From assembly GCF_009914755.1 (NCBI RefSeq), contig NC_060930.1: a DNA stretch of 64,000 bases, one strand, 5' to 3'. The notes below the pieces were generated by a model. That model was not told the origin of the DNA. It did not search any database and saw only the letters and a program-made list of their open reading frames with translations. This DNA is from the human T2T-CHM13v2.0 reference genome, Homo sapiens. Each line of letters starts with the position of its first letter. Within the stretch, counting starts at the first letter, position 1. A program made the translations under genes and the position numbers. Of the stretch, positions 55,476 through 64,000 are shown piece after piece.

Positions 55476-58439
55476 TTGAAACATGTAAGAGTAATCAAAA
55501 TGGAAAACATATTCTAGCAGGAGTGGGGAAAAGAAAATGTGTTAGAGCCACTTTGTTAGAATGGTTATACAGTTATAGGGGATAACACACATGCTTATTT
55601 CATGGTCTTATTACTCCTTGCTTAGTCCGTTGCAACAACCTGGCTGTTGTCTCTTTCTTCCCCGATCCTTCCTTTGTATAGGTGCCTGACTGACCTTCCT
55701 GATGACAGTGACTTTATCTCTTTGCTTCTTGCAGAATAAAACCTAAGCCCTTCAAGCATGGCATTCAAGGCTCGTTTAAATCAGGCTCAATGGACCTGTC
55801 CTCTCTCCCACCATGTCCTCTCCATAAACTACAATTTAGTAACAGAAAGCGGGGTTATTAATATCAAGCCCACTGCCCTCCACATCCATTCTGTAGGAGA
55901 ATATCTACAATTACAAGATGTCCACAAAAGTCAAACAGACAGACCTTTTAAATAACTTCATTGAACTGAAACACAAGAAAAGAGAAAAGGAGGGAAGATA
56001 TGGTCACAGAGAAACGAGAGGATTATTGTAAATTATCTAAATTAGTCCTAAACAAGTAATGCCACACAAAGCACTAGTAAGCTAGAATGTCATTCTCTAC
56101 CCTCACCATAAAGAGGGCTACAGAAATAGGTGAGGAGGCTGGACAGATGCTTAGGGAATCCAAGCAGAAGAGCTAGGATATTTTGGAAAAAATATATCAG
56201 ATAACCAAGAATAGGTGAGTGAAAGAAGCAGACACAAGTGTGTTCATCTACAGGTACTGAACCCTAAAAGCCTATTCCTATATTCTATACACAATTTAGG
56301 ATAATAGGTGCTCCTGACAAGATGCCACTGTGGTTTTCTTTGAGTAGAGATTATACAAAACAGACAGGGCTGGTGGACTGAAAAAGTACTGAATTATGGT
56401 TTGTTTCCCAAACTACAGGTACTTAGGACCCACTGTTAGAATTGTAATATTTTCTCTAATTGCAACTCATTTTCTTCTTTAAATATAGTTTAAAAAGAAA
56501 CTTGTCCTAAGCAATATCTGCAAAATCTCAAGTTTAACACACGAATCATACTTTCTGCAATACATATTAAGATAAACACAATTATTTTGAAAAAAATTCT
56601 CCATATACCACCTGAAGTCATTTCACTTTTAGGTTATGCTGTACATATTCCTATTCTGGGAAACACTGGGAACCCAAACAATTATCCTGGCTGAGTCCTC
56701 GGGCAGGAGACATTTGGCCGTGCCTTTCCTATTTTCCAGGGATAGGACTGTGAGTTACTTCCGTGTGGTGGGCGGTGGGTGCTTGCAGGGGTGAAGTACT
56801 AACAGGTAGCAAAGTGTTGGAGACACGAAGCATTAATCATCAGTCAACAACAGCAGTGGCAGCACTGCTATCTTTCCTGGGGCTAGTGAGAATTAACGGA
56901 TTAATGTTTAGGAGAGCACAGAAGTTTCCAAGCATCTACTGTGGTTCTCAATCCTTTGCAGGGAAGTAAACAACTGAGGTGGCCACCTGGGTTTCTCATC
57001 TGCTGGCGGGGCTGGTGGGAGTCTGGGTTTTGTGGGTGGCCTCAGGGGGCCCTGGCGGCAGCTTCCAGCCTCTGTGGTGACAGGCCATCTCCTCTCTGTC
57101 TAGTTCACAACTCCAGATGCTATGGGGAGGTGGCAGCAGTCCAGTGGGGGCGGGACACTAAGATTCTCACATTAACAATGCACAGACATCCGTCCATCCG
57201 GCACTCCTGGGTCGTGTCCCTGAGAGTGACACAGGGCTGCCCCTGGGGCAGACACATGAGATCATCTGAACTGGTTAGCTCCAGAGGGCCTCAGCTGGGC
57301 AGGGGCTCTGCAGCTTTTGTCAGAGGCTGTTTCCCTGCAAAATGGGGGGAAAATCGGAATACTCAAACAAAGGGGATTTCTGTAACTCTTCTGCCATTTT
57401 TCTCTCACCTTTTCTGTGTAGCTGAGCTCTTAGGAAACTGGTGTTAAAGCAGTTCAGTGAGAAGCAAGGCAACTGAAAGCCCCTTCCAACAGCTGCCAAT
57501 GGTTGTGGACGAGCAGGCAGACACCAGGGCTAGGAGGAAGGGAGCCAACAATCACTCCACAGTGGCATTTTTCAGGACTCAGTCATTTCTGATGCTGGAA
57601 AGAAGCTTGAGAAACCAAAGTACAGCTGTGGGAAGACAGTGTGGGGCTGGAGGGATGCGGGTGTGGGCTGCTGCCCACGTGCTCCCTGGCCCTGTTATAG
57701 CCGGACTTGTAAGGCTTTCTTAAGCCTTGCATCTGAGAAAGGCAGAGACCAGAGAATGGAAAGACAAAGCTGGGGAGACTGATAGTGGCGGCGGCGAACT
57801 GAACTCAGCCCCCTGCCTGTGGAGGGGATGGGCTGTTAGTGCCTGGGCCATGGATGGGGGAGCTCTGTAAGGATGGCTTTTTTCGGTATGTGTGTTAAAG
57901 TCTGAGTTTTTTTTTTTTTTTTCCTGTGGGGTTTACAAGCTCATTCCATTGTCCAGAATCCTTGTGGGCATATTTCTCCTAGGGACGCTGGCCCTGGATC
58001 GCTGGCCTTGCCTGAAAGAGGCTGCCTCCTACTGCGTTTTTGTTCAACTTGCTTTCTCTGTAATAGAGATTTGCAGCACTGTGGGCTTCAGGGATTCAAA
58101 GTTTTTGTTTTTTCCCTAATATCCAGCTTCCATTTCTGGTTTTTAATAATATCCCAATCTTTTCAGCCATTCTCCCAAGAATTGTAGTGAATGATTTTTT
58201 TAAAGTTTTCTTTTAATTTTTATAATGAATACACATAATGGAGCATTCTTTTCTCTGACATTTTCCCTGTCACTAAATTTGAATGTTTAGGTGGCACTTA
58301 AAAAACCTTTCCACCCGCTCTCTGAATGTTCTGATGCTCTTGGTGAGTAAAACAAAGTCTTTCAACACCACCTCCATCTGAATTGTATACTTGATCTTTC
58401 TGAGCTTGGCAAACAAACCATCACCCACTCAGAACCTAG

Positions 58440-59480
58440 ACAGGAAAGTGGCAGATGATTCAAGCTTCATTAGGAACAAGTCATGCCAAAATAACTTCAT
58501 TTCTGGTTTTGATGGGATTACAGCTCAGAGAATGCAGCAGAAATAGCATCCCAGGATTTCAGTATGTCAGCTGACATCTTTAGGTCACTCTTTGAATGAT
58601 ACGAAAAAATGAGGTCTGGAGACAGTAAAATTGAGCAATGAGTAGCTGCTTGATGGATCAATGTTAACTGCAGCTCAAAGAGAAGTGTCTGGTGATGTGA
58701 CCCAGCCTTCCGTCGCCTACTCTGTCACACTTAACTTGTCTCTCTGTCTTAGAAAAGATGTGAGTGGCAACTGGTGAGCTACTCCAGGAGATAGAATCAG
58801 GATCCCAAATGATGACCCAGGCTGATATTATGTGTTAAATGCAGAAAGATTTAACAAAAATAGATGTCAAATCCTGTATCAGGATTAAAAAAATCAACTT
58901 TGTAAGAAGAGGATGGGAGAGTCCTGGCTTAAGGAGTTGGGTCAGTATGGTGACACAGGTGACAGGAAACTTACCCTGATGATCCTGAACTACACTGAAA
59001 GATGTGTGATGCAGAAAGCGAGTCACGCCTCTGCTCTGCTCTTTACCACTCAAATCAGATGGAGGCTGTCGAACTTAGTCCTGGCTGTGTGTGAGGGATC
59101 ACACTGATCACTGAGTCCATGCCCCAGGTGGCATGTGGAATGGCAGAAGTACATTAAACACTGAGAAAGGCAGACTCATGGGCACCCTATAAGAGTTGCC
59201 TTCAGAGAGCTAACAGGCTACCATGTAAAGATGAGATTAGATTTGTTCTCTTTCATGCCAGAGGGTGTAAACGGGATCATGAGTGAAATTTTAAGGAAGA
59301 TAGATTTCTGCCACAAATAAGGAAGAACTTGCTAGTAGTCACGGTTGTATAAAATGGAGGAAGGAGCTCTCTTCAGTGGTGGTGAGCTCCCCATTGTTGC
59401 ATGTGTTCAAGCAGAGGCTGAAGAGGTACCTATGCCATTATTATAAAAAAAAAATTCCAAATTGGATGGGGCCTGGACTC
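58440..59480 (+). mobile_element. L3/CR1 LINE remnant
   Basis: CR1-like 3' motifs aggaagatagatttctg..aaataaggaagaacttgcta, gagctccccattgttgcatgtgttcaagcagaggct. Confidence 0.6.
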
Positions 59481-60884
59481 TAACATGCCTTATTTTTTAA
59501 CCTCCAATCCTTGATGCTTCTCCCCTTATAGCACAACAGCCCAACACGTGTTATGGTTCTTAGTATTCCCTCAGCATAAAGTTGACCAGGAAGAAAGACA
59601 AGGTTGATAGTATTTTCATTTACTCTGGATACCACTAGCAAAACAAAGAGAGCTCTCTTGAACTTCTCCAAGTCTCCTATAAGTCTATGAATGACACCTA
59701 CTTCGATCTACTTCAGTTTGGAATGCTGGCCTAGTCCAACCAGTTTGCTGAGATCATGAACAATTTGCAGGAAACACAGGGAGCATTGATAGGATGAAAT
59801 AGAAGGCAGTATTTTAAAAAAATCAAGTCAATAATTTCTTATGTAAGTTTTCAAAGACCATCATTCCTATTCAACACAAATCCATCTGTACTGTTGCAGA
59901 AGCTTGAAATTAAATAAATGTTGACCACAGCAGTCTGAATTTCATCACATTTATACAGCATTTTTCCAGGCATGAGTTTCCCTCACTGAAAAATAAGCTT
60001 TTTCTACTTAGGCCTATCAGGTGAGCAAGGGTAGTCAGTCACACAGACCCACAGTTTTGTTTGAATGGACAGCAGCCTGCCCCATCTTGTATTTTCTTGG
60101 GCTTGACATAATAACTGAGCCATCAAAAAAGTTATAAATATTGTACACACCCTGCCATTCTATACACCCTAAAATGGCAGGAGAAAATAGCTCAAAGCCT
60201 TTCCTCCTTAATAGCTCCTTAGACAGGTTTTAGGACAGAACTGGGTAATCTCAGAATCTTTGCTAACAAATGGAAAAGAAAGCAGAAGATCTGACTACAA
60301 GTAGAAGAGTTGGAGGACGCAAGACAATGAAATAAGGAGAGGAGGGTGAAGAACATACTCTAAAAGATGGCTGCAAGTACTGGCATTTACTCATGGTCGA
60401 TATCCAATACATATCTATTATTTATCAAGACTGGGCAAAAATTAGGAAAGAAAATCGTTTCTTATGAGCAACTGGAGGCAAAGGCAAAAAAGAAGTTCAT
60501 GCAATGATGGGACTGCCTAACTCCTGGAGGTCCCCTGTCTAGAGCTCCTGTTTAGCCATCTGTTTTCTGTGACAATGGTTAGCACCTGACTCTGGGTTAA
60601 AATTTTTTGGGTAGTTCCCTCAGGTCTGCAACCTTGATTTAATTACCAAATCTAGGTCGAACTCTAGACACAAATTTGAGGTGAACAATCGAACCAAGGT
60701 GTCATGCTGTGCATTGAGCAGTGGAAGGACCTTCTCTTGACCTCTCATGGCCCCTGATCACAGATGGCTGTGCTGGCACAGAGCATGCCCCTCCAGTTCT
60801 CCAAGATGGAGCAAGAAAGAAGGCCCTGTATGCTAAGACAATCATACTCTTTTCACAAATATTTCATGTGACCTAGAAATGTAC

Positions 60885-61125
60885 ACAGTTTGGTAGTGTT
60901 AAATATATTCACACTATTGTAAAACAAATCTCCAGAACCTTTTCATCTTGGAAATCTGAAAATCTATACCCATTAAACAACAACTCTCCTTTTCCACCTC
61001 CTCACACCCCCGGTAACCACCACTTGACTTTCTGTTTCTATGAATTTGAGTACTTTAGGTATGTCACATAAATGGAATCATTTAGTAACTTTTTTATGCG
61101 GTGGGCTTATTTCTTCAATATAGCT
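60885..61125 (-). mobile_element. L1MA/MB 3'UTR fragment
   Basis: atctccagaaccttttcatcttg...cccattaaacaacaactc...actttctgtttctatgaatttga. Confidence 0.78.
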
Positions 61126-62299
61126 TTGAAAATAAACCCAGGGAGGTGGGAAGGGAGGGCATACAGAGCGAGAGAGAGAGGGCAAATCCACCTCCCTTCT
61201 GCTTAGGTGGTGGCCAGAAAGGGAGTATCCTGGGATATCCTCCGGGGGTGGAGCATGTTGGCAGCATGCATTATAGTTGCAGGAGAAGGTCCTCCTGGCA
61301 GGTGGGCTCAAGGCTCATCACCTCCATCAAGAAGCATCTACTAAGGGCCCAAGTTGTCCCCATGTCAAATACATTCTCTGAAGTCCATAGAACCTCAGCA
61401 ATTCTTGAAGAATTCTCATGAAATGCTCTCAGCATCTTCCTGGGGGAGGAGGAATCTGAATAAATAAGGCTGCATTATTTTAAGAGCAGTCTCTGTAGGA
61501 ATCTTGGAGGGAGAGCAGAAGAGGCAATGGAATGCGAATGAATAGTCTCAAAGCTGCCAGAGCCTGCTCTTGAGGAACGAAATATGCTTAGAATGTGTGT
61601 CCCTCATGGACTCATGCGTGGGGCATAGAAGGAAGAGAAATTTGGCTTCAAAACTGAAAGACAGTCTGTGAAATTTAGTCACATGTCAGAGGGATCACTG
61701 GCAAAAAATGTCTGGGAACCACTGTTACACTCCAGCTCAACCTTGCGGGGCCACTCCCACAATGCCACCTCATATGTCACTGTGAATAGGGCCACATCTT
61801 CACCACATATTCTCCCTTTCCCACCAAAACTTCCATCCAGCACCAAGAACAAGGGAGGCCTCCTACAGCAGCTCCATGTGGGGAGCTATACCCTTAGAGA
61901 CAGGAGTCGGTGCAAACTGGGAGTTAACATTTTCATTGGAGCTGATTGAGCTCAACTTACCAATAGGTTAATTTGTAAATGAAAAAATTCTATTGAAAGA
62001 GTTTTTGTAAGGCAAACTCCTAATTATCCTTGCACAAGTCTGCTGCGAAATTCTCAACAGAACTTTAAGCTTTTGCCTTTTTCATCCACTAGACTCTTTC
62101 TTCATGGCTGCTGGTCACCTACTCATCTTGCCATCCACCTACCCAACCCTGTGTCTCCTCTCCCAGACACTTTTCTGCTTCTTCAGGCCAAAATCCATAG
62201 TCATACTGGCTTTTTTTTTTCTTTATTTCACATCCCATTTCTAATCAGTTTGCAAGAAAAACTAAAATTGTGAAGGCAACCCATCTACCTTGGCTGGTC

Positions 62300-62912
62300 T
62301 CTCTCCTCCCAATACCCACCCCCACCGACCCCTCCAACCTCTGGTCCATGTTCGTATGTCACCTTCTCACTGAGCCCTGTCCTAACTACTGTATTCAAAA
62401 TTCCAACTCCTGTCCTCCCTAACTACTCCCCTCCTCCTAGATTTATTTTCTCTTAAGTTGCTGATCACTAACTTAGGTATTCCTGCTTACTGTCTGTCAT
62501 CCCTAATTGGGATATAGGCTCTGTGAAAGCTCAGAGTTTTGCCTGTTTTGTATCCCTAGTACCCGCAACAGTGCACACAGTAGATGCTCAATGCAAATCT
62601 GTTAAATGAATGAACAGCTTCTTCTGGTCATTCAGGTCTCAACACAAAGTTCTTCTCCTTAGGGAAGCCTTCCTTGGCCATCCCATCTAACGTTGCACTT
62701 CCCTAAATTACTGTCTATCACATCACTCTGCTTTACTTTGCTTCTAGGACTTACAATAATTTAAACTGTCTTGTTTTCTTATTTGCCCTCCACAATACTT
62801 GTAGGCCCATAAGAACTCCAACTTACTCTGTCTTATCCATTGCTATAACCCTAGCACTTAAAACGGCTTAACACAGAGCAGGTACTCAGTAAATACTTCT
62901 TCAATGAATGGA
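62300..62912 (+). mobile_element. L2 3'-end fragments (at least two)
   Basis: acagtagatgctcaatgcaaatctgttaaatgaatgaa and gcaggtactcagtaaatacttcttcaatgaatg termini. Confidence 0.65.
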
Positions 62913-62939
62913 GAACCTTCATGACAAAACCAATCAAAA

Positions 62940-64000
62940 TCCATTATTTATTTTCCCCAACTTTCCTGATCTTGAAAATTCTAATCCACAGAAAAGATGG
63001 AAGAATCATATATCCACCTACTTTTAGTCTGGATTCAGCTGGGGGTGAATCTGGAATGTCGGGAGGAACTAGACTGCGTTAAATCATTACATTTGCTAAA
63101 TTTGTGTGCTCTCTTCTCTCAATGTATATCTATACAGTCCTGTTCACGTAAGCGTGCACGCGCATGCACACACACACACACACATGCATATGTTTTCCCA
63201 GAACCATTTGGAAGTAAATTGCAGACACCATGACATTTAACCACTAAATACTTCTGCATATATCTCCTGAGAACGAGAACATTCTACATAACCAAAATAC
63301 CATTTTTCCACCTAAAAAAAGTAATGTTGATACAATATTATAAATTAATATATAGTCTACATTCAGATTCTCCAAAGTGCTCCAAGGATGTCCTTTATAG
63401 ATTTTTTTTTTTTCAATCTGGGAGCCAATCAAGGATCACTCATTACATTTGGTCTCATTAGTCTCTTTTAATCTAGGGCAATCCCCCCATCATTTTGTCT
63501 TTCATGACAGTGATATTTTTGAAAAGTTCAGGCCAGTTGTCTTAAAGAATGTTCCACAGAGGATGTCTAGTCATAGCATTATGTTTAAAAGTTAATCTAA
63601 TCTATTTGTTCTTTAGTTTATTATTTTAATATACGGTGAGTTCATTTTTGTTTGTTTTAAATTTTTAAGTCTGCTGATTTTCATCTTTGTTGATTAGATT
63701 TTAATTTCTTGACTACTTAAAACATTTAATTGGTTCAAAAGTCAATACTGAACAAAAAGATACAGAGTCTCACTCCTATCCCAAACCTTTCACTCTGTTG
63801 CCACCTACTTTCTATAGGTAATCTTTTCCACTAGTTTCCTGTTTATCCTTTCTGTTTCTTTTTACAAAGTATGCAAATGTATGCATGAGTATATATTTAT
63901 AAATCACACATATATATTTATGTGTTACAATTATGTATTATTTTCCCTTCTTTGCACAAAAGGAAGCATACCATATATAGTGTACATATCCCTCTGCAAC
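62940..64000 (-). mobile_element. Ancient L1M(C/E) fragments with an internal (CA)/RY tract
   Basis: gaaccatttggaagtaaattgcagacacc, ctaaatacttc, tttgaaaagttcaggccagttgtc motifs. Confidence 0.65.

Overview
Primate (human-type) genomic DNA containing the 3' part of BACH2 (BTB and CNC homology 2 transcription factor) on the minus strand. Three coding exons are present: the 1593-bp exon (23545-21953), the 207-bp CNC/basic/zipper exon (10037-9831, missed by the ORF track), and the terminal exon (4575-4093). About 4.1 kb of 3'UTR follows and runs off the left edge. Positions 23546-64000 are one large intron; the first coding exon, which carries the start of the BTB domain, lies beyond the right edge. 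The introns are full of Alu, L1, L2, L3, MIR, MaLR/ERVL LTR and hAT DNA-transposon remnants. Repeat subfamilies were called by eye and old-repeat boundaries are approximate. I see no clearly new biological system. The best leads are all inferences. Three are sequence-encoded routes to domain-deleted BACH2 isoforms: a sense THE1 solo LTR with TATA and splice donor, a read-through stop with an adjacent ATTAAA after the large exon, and a phase-0 bZIP exon that regenerates a donor. The others are a speculative two-exon antisense ORF with a signal-peptide-like start in an LTR33 remnant, a 23-nt-spaced inverted Alu pair, a strong CTCF motif, and dense 3'UTR regulatory motifs.
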